Counted from the first letter of the stretch, positions 1 through 13,100 are shown. The stretch is 64,000 nt of DNA from Eledone cirrhosa (GCA_964016885.1 OZ024740.1:18042001-18106000), one strand, 5' to 3'. The notes: a model not told the origin generated them from the sequence alone. Numbers and translations: made by a program.

Positions 1-343
1 AAGGGCCGTAGGCGGCTACCAACCTAAACGCTCCGCCTTCACCACTGCCAAGGTCCAGAACCACTAGTCGACCCTCCGGGTCCAAATGTACCGTCTGTGT
101 TGCGAGACCTAGATGTTTTTGCAGCAGAACGACAACCCCACCCCCACCTCCGGGCTGACAGAGAGATGCGTGCATCTCAAAGTCATCAAAGGTGGGGGCC
201 AGCTGTCGCACGTTGCTGATCCGGGCCTCGCAAATAACCATCACATCTATACGTTGTGACCTGAGGTCATTTAGAAGCATTGCTTGCTTCCAAGTTGAGC
301 CCAGGCCACGCGCATTTAAACAGCCTACTCTTAGCATAGCCAT
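1..343 (-). CDS. ORF2 N-terminus, apurinic-type endonuclease (partial)
   Basis: Manual translation from ATG at 343: MAMLRVGCLNARGL...DVMVICEAR...GGGVVVLL...DPEGRLVVLD...FRLVAAYGP, typical L1-clade APE motifs. Confidence 0.88.
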   Translation of the reverse strand, partial: MAMLRVGCLNARGLGSTWKQAMLLNDLRSQRIDVMVICEARISNVRQLAPTFDDFEMHASLCQPGGGGGVVVLLQKHLGLATQTVHLDPEGRLVVLDLGSGEGGAFRLVAAYGP

Positions 344-2158
344 GTTGGTGGTAAAGAGAAAAGGCACTTACCTCTCTGCGTCCCGGGTATCGGGCTGCAC
401 AATTTCCATGAGGTTGGGGGATGGGTTGTTGGGTGGGGTGGTGGTTTGTGGAAGTGTAGGGGCATCAGTGTGTTGTGTGGTTGGGGTGTTTGGAGTTGTG
501 TGGGTGTTTGGGAGGGGGTGGGGTAGTTTTTTAGGAGGACGCGGTTAATGGGCCCGACGCAGGGGGGGACCCACGTCCTCTTTAAAGTTGTTTTTGAAAG
601 TTTTATAAGTGTCCTGTGGGGACCTTAATGATTTTGAGGTGGGGGAATTCCCCTGCCTGTGTGAAGTTAGGCCCTTGGGTTTTTATTGTATTGTTGTTGT
701 ACACAATGTTTAACAGTTTTTTGTTTCTTGTGTTTATGTATGTGTATGCATGTTTTTGTTTTTGTGTGGTGTTTTTTGTTTGCTGTTGTTGTGAGCTCTT
801 TTGTGTTGGTGTCAGTGTTATGTTTTGGGGAGGGGTTGTTTTCATTTGTGTGTCTGGGGTGTGTTTTCTTTTTTTTCTTTTGATTGTGTGGAAGTGCTCC
901 TCCTCGTCTGACGACGAACTAGGGTCATCTTCCGCGTTGGAGGGGAGGGGTATATTTTCGGGTTGTGTTTGCGGTGCGGGTGTTTTGGAAATTGTTTTTT
1001 TTTTGAGTAGGGAGGATGGGTTGGACATTGTTTTGTTTTGGTTTGAGCTGTGGTTGTTGTTTTTGTAGTGGTAGTTGTAGTGATTGTGTTGGTTGTGCAG
1101 TTGTTGGTGGTGTAGGCAGGATTGGGGTTTTCTTATTAAATTGGGGACAGACAGCCCTCAGGTGACCTCTGGTTCCGCAGAGGTAACACGAGGGCCGCCT
1201 ACCCTCAACGGTAATGTTGATGAAAGTTTGATCATCCAGTATGACGCGTTCAGGGATCTGGGCGATCCTTTCGGGCCTCATTTGAACTACAAGTTCGAGG
1301 CTCGTTCCACTGAACGCGTCACCCGATGCCTTTCCCATGGACACCAGCGTGTCATCATCCAGGTTCAGGAAACCTGTCAAAACCCACCATATGTCCATAA
1401 TTGGCAGGATGGTGTGGATTTTTATTTTTTGTGTTCTTCTACCCATGTACGTAGGGTAGAAGGTGTATGCGGTGGATGTGATTGGTTTGATGGACAGTTT
1501 CACTGCTGTGTCCCTGTCCTTCATGAGAATGGATAGACTCCCGTAGAGTCTATCCTTCTGAATGAAGGTGATGTCCTTCATGACGTCTTTTAAAACCAGC
1601 TCTATCTCACTCTGTGATGGTTGAGCTGGTTTTTTGCTTTTATTTGAGATTGTCCTAAACATGACAGTGTTTAGGAGTCTCTGGTTTTTTAGTTCGGGGG
1701 GGGGGGGGGGGGATCTTGAATGAACCATTTTCCCCGAACACTATATATTTTTTGGCATCTGCCAATAGCTCCTTCGCTTTGGTTATATCTACTGGCAGAT
1801 AGTCGAGGGTTTTCCTTGCCGTCTGGGCGAAGGAGACCCTTTCCCTGCTTGTGTTGCTGTTGTAGTTGGTGGTATTGTTGCTATCATTGTTGTTGTTATC
1901 ACAGTTATTGGTCTTGTTGTTGTTGTTATTGTTATTGGTGTTGTTTTCGTCCGTCGCATTGTTGTTGTTGTTGCTGGTGCCGCTGGTTCTTTGGTTTGTT
2001 GCCATGGCAACGTCAAGTTGTCGGTCAGCAGGAGGAGAAAATCCTTCCTCTGGCTGACCTTTGTTTTTGACCTCTGCTACTATGACAGTGGCAGGGGGAA
2101 GCTGTAAATTTATCTTCCCCTTTCCTCCTTCGAATTTTGGTGAAGAAGCTTCAGCCAT
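331..2158 (-). pseudogene. ORF1 (gag-like zinc-knuckle protein), frameshifted
   Basis: ORF pieces 1655-2158, 925-1728 and 603-1028 each align to successive parts of the intact ORF1 at 60575-62410; a long G run (~1696-1712) and T runs lie in the frame-overlap regions. Confidence 0.85.
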
Positions 2159-2372
2159 TTAAAAAAATGTTAACTTTTCAGCAAGAAAAAAACTTTTTTT
2201 TGTTTAACTATTTCGCCTAAAGGCGTAGAATATTTTGAGAGACTGACCAGATCAAAGTTTGACCTGGCAGTCCCTCTACAAAATGGTACAAAAATTAAAG
2301 TTTACAGACAAGAATTTCTATAGAAATTTAAACAGAACTTACTCAGCAAGTTATACGCGTGTGTCCATCCCA

Positions 2373-2494
2373 GAGACAGACAGATAGATAGATAGGTAGG
2401 TAATTAGGGTGGTAGGTAGGTAGGTAGGTAGGTAGGTAGGTAGGTAGGTAGGTAGGTAGGTAGGTAGGTAGGTAGGTAGGTAGGTAGGTAGGTA
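2373..2494. repeat. (AGAT)n/(AGGT)n tetranucleotide tract
   Basis: Direct reading; separates two Tx1-like elements. Confidence 0.97.
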
Positions 2495-2760
2495 ACTTTC
2501 TTTTTATTTGCCACCAGGGCGTCAAAGAGTGGGACAAGTACAATGGGGGGAGTTTACATAAAAAGGCGTCCTCAATAAGAAGGAGGCAATAACAAAATAT
2601 AAAAAATATAAGATATAAAATAGAACAAAAATAAATTAAATAACAAAATCCTCAATAGGGAGGAGGCGCCTTGGGGGGTCGCACACACCTCCGAAAAAGT
2701 GTGCAACCCTTCTCCTCAGGAGCACAGAGAGAGGGTTCTCCCTTGATCTTTCATCTTTCT
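2495..2760 (-). mobile_element. Tx1-like LINE 3' UTR fragment
   Basis: Ends GCCCTGGTGGCAAATAAAAAGAAAG and shares the GGCGCYTCNNCCCTATTGRGGATTT motif with fragments at 4965-5340 and 60190-60349. Confidence 0.75.
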
Positions 2761-2761
2761 C

Positions 2762-4926
2762 ACCAAAAACGTGAGGTGTTCAGGATTGCTAGACAATGTG
2801 TCAAGGAATCCGTGATATTGTTGGGGAGAAGTGTATCCGTAATGATAATGGTGTACTTGCTCTCACTGATACTGATAAGAAGATAGCCTGGAAGTGTCAC
2901 TATTAGAGACTATTAAATGAGGAGAATAAATGGGACAAAGATAGTCTGCCCCAAATCGATCCAATAGAAGGACCAGCTGTGCAAATTAAAGGTAGTATAA
3001 TAAGTAAGGCATTCAAAGATATGAAGACAGGCAAGTAATACAGAATGGGGTCATACCAAAAGACTGGCATAGCAGCATATTCATTAACTGCTACAAGGGT
3101 AAAGGGGATGCTCTAGATAGGGGAAACTATAGAGGCATTAAGTTAGTTGACCAGGTCATGAAGGTCACAGAAAGCGCAACTAATCAGCGAGCGAATTGAT
3201 CTAGATGAAATGCAGTTTGGATTTGTATCAGGTAAAAGTACCACAGACGCTCTTTTCCTTGTAAGACAACTACAGGAGAAATACCTAGCTAAAAGTAAAC
3301 CGCTCTACTTAGCTTTTGTAGACCTGGAGAAAGCCTGTGAAAGAGTCCCCTGCTCCATTATCCGGTGGGCTCTTAGAAAACTAGGTGTAGATGAATGGCT
3401 TGTGAGAGCTATTCAAGCTATGTATAAAGAAACAGTCAGTAAGGTTAGAATTAACAATGAATATTGTGAAGAATTTAGTGTAAAAGTTGGTGTTCATCAA
3501 GGCTCTGTCCTTAGCCCCCTCCTATTTATTATTGTCTTTCAGGCTATAACAGAGGAGTTCAAGATCGGCTGCCCATGGGAACTCCTATACGCAGATGATT
3601 TAACGCTCATAGCTGAATCAAAGGCTGAACAAGAGAAGAAATTCCAAACATGGAAGCATGGCCTAGAATCAAAAGGCCTTAAAGTTAACTTGTCTAAGAC
3701 TAAAGTTCTAGTTTGTAGAAAGGAAAATAGGGCACTGGTGCTCTCAGGGAAATAGCCATGCTCAGTGTGTAGGAAAGGAGTAGGCAGAAATTCCATTTTA
3801 TGTCCCAAATGCAAAGTATGGGTACATAAAAGATGTAGTGGGATCACAGCTAAACTATCTAAGAACGTAGACTTTATATGTGGTCGATGCTCAGGTGCAA
3901 TAAGTAGCAAGTGTTCACAGGATACTAGCTCCTTCTATTGCCTAGATGGTTCTATAGAAATAGTGGACACTTTCCGTTACCTGGGTGACAAAATCAGCAG
4001 TGGTGGAGGGTGCTCTGAAAGTACAGTAGCCAGAGTCAGAACGGGATGGAAAAAGTTCAGAGAGCTTATACCGCTGTTGGCCACAAAAGGTTTCTCTCTA
4101 AAGATGAAAGGCAGAATGTATGATGCCTGTATACGAACAGCAATGCTACATGGCAGTGAGACTTGGGCATTACGTGCAGAGGACCTGCGCAGAATGGAAA
4201 GGAATGAAGCATGCATGCTCTGTTGGATGTGTAATAGTAATATTACACAAAGCATAAACGAACTAAGCATAATGAATTAAGCATAAATGAACTAAGTGAG
4301 AAATTAGGAATAAGAGGGACTAGATGCTGTTTACTTGAAAGAAGACTGGTATGGCCACGTGATGCGCATGAAAGACGACAGCTGTTTAAAAAAGTCCAGG
4401 GCGATCAAAATTGATGGTAGTTACGGAGTAGGTAGAACCAGAAAAACCTGGGACGATCTGATAAATTCCAACCTTACACACTTGCACTTTGGGGCTACAC
4501 AGTAATACAGAAGACTTCCCTATGTACAAAGCAAAACCTACAAATATACACCCCAATCCACTACCCCTACCCTATCCTCCCACTCCCACCAACACAACTC
4601 TTTCTCTGTATATTTGGTACCACAACATCCAGTCCAAATAAATGAGATAATGAGATCGAGATCGTGTAGGTGTCACAACAAAAAAAAACACAGTCCACGC
4701 TGTAATGTGGTCGTGTAGGTAACACGGTAAAAAGTTCCCAGTTCCACACTGTAAATGTAGTTGGTGTTAGGAAGGGCATCCAGCCGTAGAAAACCTGCCA
4801 GATAGTCCTATATGAGCGAGACACGGTTACCCGACCAACCTTGCCTCAAGTGGGACAACTCTCGTCTAACCCATGCTAGCATGGAAGATGGACGTTAAAC
4901 GAAGATGATGATGATGATGATGATGA
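2762..4926 (+). mobile_element. 5'-truncated, decayed RTE-clade LINE
   Basis: RT (QFGF, QGSVLSPLLF, YADD) and PHD-like remnants homologous to the 13495-16683 ORF, with stops and internal deletions; (GAT)n tail. Confidence 0.93.
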
Positions 4927-4964
4927 AAGAGAGAGAGAGAGAGAGAGATAGGTAGATAGATATA

Positions 4965-5340
4965 TTTCTTTATTTGCCACAAGGGCGCACAAGAAAAGGG
5001 GACAATACAAAGACACATGCCGAGGATTTTACATACAGTCGTGTAAAAAATATAAAACAAACAAAAAATTTATAACAATCGAAATCCCCAATAGGGGTGA
5101 AGCGCCACAAATGGGTTGTTTAATAAATACCCCATCGATAGCACAACCCTCAACTTCAGGAGCGTGTTGTGCAAGCGCTCCCTTCTTCGTTTTGCTCTCT
5201 TCTTTAACCTACAGGCTTATAAACAGAGAAGGCCCAATAACTCGGGCCATTTTCACTTCATTCATCCACCTTTCAGTAAATTTACTGGGGTGCAGTGCCT
5301 CTCTCTCCACTCTCATTCTCCTTCTAAAGTGATACTTAAA
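4965..5340 (-). mobile_element. 5'-truncated Tx1-like LINE (ORF2 C-terminus plus 3' UTR)
   Basis: Encodes FKYHFRRRMRVEREALHPSKFTERW...ISL*, resembling a Tx1 ORF2 end; its 3' UTR is nearly identical to 60190-60349; CTAT repeats at both junctions. Confidence 0.8.
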
Positions 5341-6643
5341 GATAGATAGATAGATAAAGAGAGAGGGAGAGTGAGAGAGAGAGAGATGGGGAGATAAAGG
5401 GGGGAGAGAGAAGGAGGGAGAGAGCGGGGGAGACATCTTTCCCTTCATTTTTTCTTTTTCATTTTCAGTCATGAGTAGAGATAAAATTTCACACACATAC
5501 ACACACATGTACACAGATGTACCTACACATAGACACACACATACACACACACATACACACACATGTACACAGATGTACACACACATATACACACATACAC
5601 ACACACATGTACACAGATGTACACACACATGTACACACATACACACACACATACACGCACATGTACACATATGTACACACACATACACACAGATGTACAC
5701 AGATGTACACACATGTACATACACACATATACACACACATACATCTGTGTGGCTGTATTTGTAACCAAGGCAACCATCATTACACAGCCATAATATTGAT
5801 GCACCACAAACGTGCATGTTTGTCTGGTCACGGTGTACTAACGCATTGCACATTGTGGTGGTGGTGGTGGTGGTGGTGGTGGTGGTGGTGGTGGTGGTGG
5901 TGGTGGTGAGGATGATGATGGTGATGGTGTTGTTGGGGGGGGGGGGGTGATGATGGTGATGGTGTTGTTGGTGGTGGGGGTGGTGATGATGGTGATGGTG
6001 GTGTTGGTGGAGATGGTGATGGTGTTGGTGGTGGGGGTGGTGATGATAGTGATGATGGTGTTGGTGTTGTTGGTGGGGATGGTCATGGTGTTGTTGGTGG
6101 TGGGGGTGGTGATGATAGTGATGATGGTGTTGGTGGGTATGGTGATGATGGTGATGATGGTGATGGTGTTGTTGGTGAGGGTGGTGGGGGTGGTGATGAT
6201 GGTGATGGTGTTGGTGGTGGTGGTGGTGGTGGGTGATGATGGTGATGGTGTTGTTTGTGGAGGTGGGGGGTGGGGATTTAGGGATGGTGATGGTGTTGGT
6301 GGTGGTGGTGATGGGGGTGGTGATGATGGTGACGGTGTTGTTGGTGGGGTGGTGATGATGGTGATGGTGTTGGTGGTGATGATGGTGATGATGGTGATGG
6401 TGTTGTTGGTGGGGTGGTGATGATGGTGATGGTGTTGGTGGTGGTGATGGGGGTGGTGATGATGGTGACGGTGTTGTTGGTGGGGTGGTGATGATGGTAA
6501 TGATGATAATGATGGTAATGATGGTGACGATGGTGATGGAATCTATGTGAACTAAACAGGTTACATACTAGCAATGACGTTTATCTCACATAAATTAACA
6601 TAATTTTTACAGCAGAAAGTTGTTTGGATAGTTTTTATATGTT

Positions 6644-6689
<46 letters not shown>

Positions 6690-6740
6690 TACACACATAC
6701 ATACATACATATATATATATATGTTTATATATACATACAT
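5341..6740. repeat. Compound microsatellite block (GATA, GA, CA/TACA, GGT/GAT, TA)
   Basis: Direct reading. Confidence 0.95.
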
Positions 6741-7057
6741 ATATATGAAACAATTGTTAATACTGTAAATAAAACCCTTTTTGTACAGCCGACCATGTTA
6801 TTCTTCACTCTTTCACTATTATTACTCCAAGAATAACCTACATAGGAATTCCCGGGAACTCCACCTAACTATGGAAACCTCTTGTTGAGCCAAACAACGC
6901 CGTACGTTAAAACTATCCACAATACAGAGTACTCACAACCTCTAACTGGATTACCTATAACGATAATTTGTTATCTCATATACATATATATATATATCCA
7001 CACACACACATACATACATATATATATATGTTTATATACATACATACATATATATCA

Positions 7058-9395
7058 AAATCCTGTGGTACTCCACTGGCCTGACCACTAGTATAGCTAA
7101 GCTTTTCTTTAGGGCCTTAGACAAATGCTTGCCTAGATCACACAGATACTATAAAATATTCCGTAGGAATACCACCAAGTTGTCCTACTCAACAACCAGT
7201 AACATAGCTCAGAATATAGCTAAGATGAATTATAGTAGACTTAGGACAGCCCTAGGGGGATGGGACATGGCAGAACTAATGGCAGCTCTATGGATGAACG
7301 GACTCATACACGTGAGGCGAGTCGGATCACCCTAACCCCTGGAAACTTGCCCATAGAGCAGACAAGAATTGAGACCCGACCCCAGAGGTACCGTGGTTCC
7401 TCTGGAACTACCCAGGTCGATAACAGAAAATTTAATTGCAGGAACACCGCCACTTGCCATATGGCTGGGAAATGCCTCACCAAAAACATAGTCTACGACT
7501 GTAAGGTCTCCACTTTAGATAGAACCTTCAGGTATGTTGGGGAAAGTGTCACTGAATCTAAGGATAGATGGTATAATCACTGCCATACCTTTAATAGATT
7601 AGATAAAAAAAAATAGCACGGCGCTTTCTGAATTAGTCTGGAAGCTTAAACAACAGAATATAGAGCACTCCTTATCTTGGTCCATAATTTGCTCAGCCCA
7701 GCCATATAACGGCAGCACTGGCGTCTGTAATTTACGTATAGCTCAAACCTTTAATATTATTAGAGGCAGCCCCCTATTAATCAATAGGAGAGCGGATTTT
7801 TTCAGCAACTGCCAACATAGAACCTCGAAAACCTTCCGCAGGATTTTTGGAAAGTAACCTACCACTAACTCCTCCCTCTCTACCTTAGCCATAGAGTTCT
7901 CTCAATTAGCCATAAACAGACAATCACACACTCAGGTAGTTAGACAGCTAAGATCGTTTGCGCACTTACAAACGGTACTCGGCCTGTCTCCACAGAGTTC
8001 TCACAGCTGAGTGTACATTAGAATACCTAGTTAGTAAATAGTTAGAATGATTACACACTCAGATAAGACTGATTACGCGCATTCACCATTACTTTAGGAT
8101 ACCCTAACCATTGAGTTCTCTCGGTTAGGATATAACTAGACGTATTACACACTCAGTTAAGACCGATTACGCTCTCTATACATAACTCTACACACAGTAC
8201 CCGGTTTCTTTAGACACAGAGTTCCCACAGTTATGACTGGTCACGTTCCTATCGATTGAACACTACACTAGGTTTTGATCCGTGATCATCTAACCATGGA
8301 GTGCTCACGGTTACAGATTGGACAATAATACTTACACACCATTATAGGGCCTACATACATCCTATGGGTTTTGCTATTCTTTGTTATTTTATTTTACTTT
8401 TTGTGTTGGATAACACACCTCCACCAATCAAACACCTATCTTAAAAGCCCAAGGGCCCATATGACGGGAAATCGCACATACTGACACCTTAACCCAAATA
8501 CCCAACCCTACACAAAGCCCCTTGGTGGCCTACATAGCGGTTGCTTGCACACACAGATTTGAGGACTCAGATTCTCAATGGGACAACGGCACATTCTGAG
8601 TTCGATATGAGTTGACTACTTGCTCTTCACATGGATGTGTATATACCTAAACATACACTTTTTTGGATGATACGAATGTGTATATACCATAACATACACT
8701 ATTTGGAGATACGGATGTTACAATTCAATCAATACACGTATAGCAGAACATTGAACTGAACTTACTTGCGTGTGTATAGGGTTGCAGTTGACCCAATTTT
8801 TCCAATTTACATCGTTAAATTGAGATTTGACCAATATAACATTTGTTGTTTTGTAAACTAACTTTCGGTGAATACTATGTTTCTTTGACCTCGCGTCGGT
8901 GTGTGTGAGTGTGTGTGTACCCACCCACATTAACTGTGACCGACTGTAATTCTACAGATTTGATTGATGTCCAGCGTCTTTTACAGCTAATGGGAGATAG
9001 AGACTTGATAGTTTTATGACCCTAACTGAAGACGAGAGCAGTCGCCGTGTTTTGACTACTTGATCTTCATATGAGGGACTAAACTCTGTAAGTGAACATC
9101 GTTAATTTTCTCCCTCATATGAAGGATTTGAAGACAATTCATTTTCACCTGACGAGATCAGTGATAATCGATCATGGCTACACAATCGATCCATCTCTTA
9201 TTGAAACATGTGTCGTGATTAAAATGATTGGAAATGTATACCATGCCTTCGGATCTTTATTTTGATACAAATACTCCGTTTTACATCATCTAACTGTTCC
9301 CATAAATGGAATTGGAGATATACAAAAGCGTGGAGAACTTAATATGGCTAACAAAAATTTATTGGACCGTTTGACACAACCAATAATACACCTTA
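7058..9395 (+). mobile_element. Penelope-like element remnant, probably Naiad-type
   Basis: Decayed ORF end ~7090-7857: NCRNTATCHMAGKCLTKNIVYDC...YVGES...RWYNH then STALSELVWKLK...CNL...INRR...NCQH (GIY-YIG); long 3' region ending in a hammerhead at 9145-9218; flanked by (TA)n-rich tracts. Confidence 0.8.
9145..9218 (+). ncRNA. Type I hammerhead ribozyme motif
   Basis: TCAC-CTGACGA-[GATCAGTGAT...ATCTCTTATT extended stem II]-GAAA-CATGTG-TC-GTGA; stem I TCAC/GTGA. Confidence 0.75.
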
Positions 9396-9428
9396 CTATA
9401 TAGCAACTACATACATATATATATGTAT

Positions 9429-9496
<68 letters not shown>

Positions 9497-9558
9497 AGAG
9501 CGTGAAACTAATAAACCTTTGTTCGTACTGCCTCTCTGTTTTGTTGCCGTTCCATTTT

Positions 9559-9601
<43 letters not shown>

Positions 9602-9701
9602 ATACATACATAATGTTTATATACATACATATATATATATAGAGATAAATAGGTAAATAGATAGATAGATAGATAGATAGAGAAAGAGAGGTGGGGAGAG
9701 C

Positions 9702-9795
9702 GATAGCTTCTACAGGACTAGAACTATTTCATTCAAAAGAAAGAATCCTGATGATTTCTTTTGAAAGAAACAGTTCTGGACCTGTAGAAGCTATT
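9702..9795. mobile_element. Short fold-back with partial hammerhead core
   Basis: ATAGCTTCTACAGG...AAAGAAA and TTTCTTTTGAAAGAAACAGTTCTGGACCTGTAGAAGCTAT are inverted arms; the spacer contains CTGATGA. Confidence 0.55.
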
Positions 9796-10189
9796 TGTTA
9801 TTAAACTTGATAGTAACAGTCTACTAATCATCATCATCATGTATTGAGTACCTTACTGTGGTTACCCCGATTGAACCTGGGACTCACACACACACACATA
9901 TAAACTTAAGAAAATTAACAAATGGCAAGTCAATAAACAAAAATTAAATGAAAAGCAATTTTTGAAGGGAACCTGAAACAAACGAAGGACACGGACTTGG
10001 GCAGTTTTGACCCAAACCAATGGTACTGCTGTCTATCCAGGGTCATAGCATCTGACATAAACCAAATGCTCTCCATATACATACATACATACATACATAT
10101 CTATATATATATGTGTATGACAGCTCACACCTATGTAGGTTTAGCTAGCCTCCGCTAAGGTATATCTCGTTGGAGGTGTCTTGGGTAAT

Positions 10190-10363
10190 TTAATGATAGG
10201 GACCCCAGTCCCTATCATCTCATTTCTACAGCTGAGTAAACTGGAGCAACGTGAAATGAAGTGTCTTGCTCAAGGAAACAACGCATCATTCGGTCTGAGA
10301 ATTGAACTCACAACCTTTCGATTGCAAGCCCAATGCTCTAACCACTAAGCCATGTGCCTTCAC
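10190..10363 (-). mobile_element. tRNA-derived SINE (CORE/MIR-like)
   Basis: A box TGGCTTAGTGG, B box GAGTTCAATTC, then TCCTTGAGCAAGACACTT central motif; a degraded relative lies at ~46255-46423. Confidence 0.8.
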
Positions 10364-10462
10364 ATATATATATATGTATATATATATTGGAAAATTTGCA
10401 TATGTATCTGTATGTCTCTTGGGTGAAAAGGAGGTCATATAAGTGTTCATTCATTAATAAAT

Positions 10463-10509
10463 TGCTCCGAAGAATCCAAACCTCGGTTTGGAGGAAACAG
10501 TTGTAAGCA
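10463..10509 (+). ncRNA. Hammerhead-like motif with CCGAAGA core variant
   Basis: TGCT-CCGAAGA-ATCCAAAC CTCG GTTTGGAG-GAAA-CAGTTG-TA-AGCA; same family as the arms of 18408-18947. Confidence 0.6.
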
Positions 10510-11069
10510 TAAACATGTTTTGAACAGTTCTTTGATTCTTATATTTCATATATATATACATATATATATATATATATGGTGTCAGAGTGTGAGATAACTG
10601 TTCATCAAATATACAATATATTTCCTAGTATCTTTTTTCAGGCTATGCTACTGGTTCTATAATAAAATAGAATTGGGAATTGCTTGCCTTAAGGAATACA
10701 CCTACAACAACAATGTTTGAAATTACTCATTTGTGACGAAATCTATTAATGAAAATGAGAAATTGGAGATAAAATACAGGGTATTTTATTGTGGCTTTCA
10801 AACAACTGCTGCACAAGAGATAATGACTATGAAGAGATGTGAGTAGCTGTGATCCAATGTGATTAGTTGGTCAGTTGTATATATATGTAAGGCTGGAAAT
10901 AATTACTAGTAATCATAACCAGATATAGAGCAGAGATTACGAGGAAGTACGCTCCACTGTCTCCAAGGTGGACAAGTCCATTATTAGTCTATTTAACTAC
11001 ATTTCTGAGAAGACATACAACAAAATTGCATACTTTTGACAACTACCTAGTGTTTTACAGACCAACTCA

Positions 11070-11397
11070 TAAATACATACATACACACATATACATATAT
11101 ACACACACATACATACACATACATACACATACATACACATCTACACATAGATACACACACATATACACACATAGACACACACATACATACACATATACAC
11201 ACACATAGACACACACATACATACACATATATACACACACATACACACACATATGTACACATACACACATACACACACACACACACACACATACATATAT
11301 TTACATTGAGAAGTTTAGCAGTGTCTGTCTGACTGACTGTCTGCAGGGGACATGACAATTTGATATCTGAATGAACTGTGTAGTCATATGTTTGTGA

Positions 11398-11451
<54 letters not shown>

Positions 11452-11486
11452 TGGTAGTAGTGCTACTAGTGCTAGTAATAGTAGTA

Positions 11487-11570
<84 letters not shown>

Positions 11571-11674
11571 CTAGTAATAGTAGTAGTAATATTAGTAGTA
11601 GTAGCAGTAGCAGCAGCAGTAATAGTAGTAGTAGTAGTAGTTGTAGTAGCAGCAGCAGCAACAGCAGCAGCAGC

Positions 11675-11719
<45 letters not shown>

Positions 11720-11800
11720 TGTAGTAGCAGCAGCAGCAACAGCAGCAGCAGCAGTAGTAGTAGTAGTAGCAGCAGCACAGCAGTAGTAACAGCAGCAGCA
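11070..11800. repeat. (CA/TACA)n and (TAG/CAG)n microsatellites
   Basis: Direct reading. Confidence 0.95.
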
Positions 11801-12068
11801 GTGGAAGCCATGCCAAAATATAGAATATGTAAGCAAGATATGTTTCTCTGACCCATCTAATCTTAAACCATGCCATGATATAATGCACCAAGTACACCCT
11901 ATAATGTGTGTATTGGTGGCCTCCCTTTACACGACACCACCACCTCCCTTCATCCCTACCTATCACTCCCCACTCACATCTCAAGAGAATGATCCTCCAT
12001 CTTTTTATTCACCTCCAATCAGACCCCTCCATCTTGTCCTTCCATCCTTCCCTTTCTTTAACCCTTTA

Positions 12069-13100
12069 CCATTTACATTACTCTATATATACTATTGTAT
12101 TGTCACAGTAAAGGCTTTACCTCACATAATATCTCTCATAACATTTACATTACTCTATATATACTATTGTATTGTCACAGTAAAGGCTTTACCTCACATA
12201 ATATCTCTCATAACATTTACATTACTCTATATATACTATTGTATTTTTACAGTAAAGGCTTTACCTCACATAATATCTCTCATATCATTTACATTACTCT
12301 ATATATACTATTGTATTGTCACAGTAAAGGCTTTACCTCACATAATATCTCTCATAACATTTACATTACTCTATATATACTATTGTATTTTCACAGTAAA
12401 GGCTTTACCTCACATAATATCTCTCATAACATTTACATTACTCTATATATACTATTGTATTGTCACAGTAAAGGCTTTACCTCACATAATATCTCTCATA
12501 ACATTTACATTACTCTATATATACTATTGTATTGTCACAGTAAAGGCTTTACCTCACATAATATCTCACATAACATTTACATTACTCTATATATACTATT
12601 GTATTGTCACAGTAAAGACTTTACCTCACATAATATCTCATATAACATTTACATTACTCTATATATACTATTGTATTGTCACAGTAAAGGCTTTACCTCA
12701 CATAATATCTCTCATAACATTTACATAACTCTATATATACTATTGTATTGTCACAGTAAAGGCTTTACCTCACATAATATCTCTCATAACATTTACATTA
12801 CTCTATATATACTATTGTATTTTCACAGTAAAGGCTTTACCTCACATAATATCTCTCATAACATTTACATTACTCTATATATACTATTGTATTGTCACAG
12901 TAAAGGCTTTACCTCACATAATATCTCTCATAACATTTACATTACTCTATATATACTATTGTATTGTCACAGTAAAGGCTTTACCTCACATAATATCTCT
13001 CATAACATTTACATTACTCTATATATACTATTGTATTGTCACAGTAAAGGCATTACCTCACATAATATCTCACATAACATTTACATTACTCTATATATAC
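12069..13100. repeat. 72-bp minisatellite, ~14 copies; last unit resumes at 17182-17235
   Basis: Unit CTCTATATATACTATTGTATTGTCACAGTAAAGGCTTTACCTCACATAATATCTCTCATAACATTTACATTA. Confidence 0.97.

Larger units (their letters stand above)
1..2372 (-). mobile_element. L1/Tx1-type non-LTR retrotransposon, copy A (5' UTR, ORF1, start of ORF2; runs off the window)
   Basis: Gag-like ORF1 with CCHC knuckle (CYLCGTRGHLRAVC) followed by an APE endonuclease ORF2; colinear with the copy at 60373-64000; 5' end abuts an (AGAC)/(AGAT)/(AGGT)n tract. Confidence 0.92.

Noticed and set aside
2690-2760. CTGAGGA flanked by hairpins in the Tx1-like 3' UTR as a permuted hammerhead
   Set aside because: No properly placed GAAA and stem III, and the box is not conserved in the sister fragment (CTGAAGT).
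9020-9060. CTGAAGA-CGAGAGCAGTCG, a second hammerhead candidate in the PLE tail
   Set aside because: No GAAA or cleavage triplet follows the stem.
10280-10363. tRNA-like A and B boxes here and in the other SINE copies
   Set aside because: No complete cloverleaf; they continue into repeated SINE bodies.
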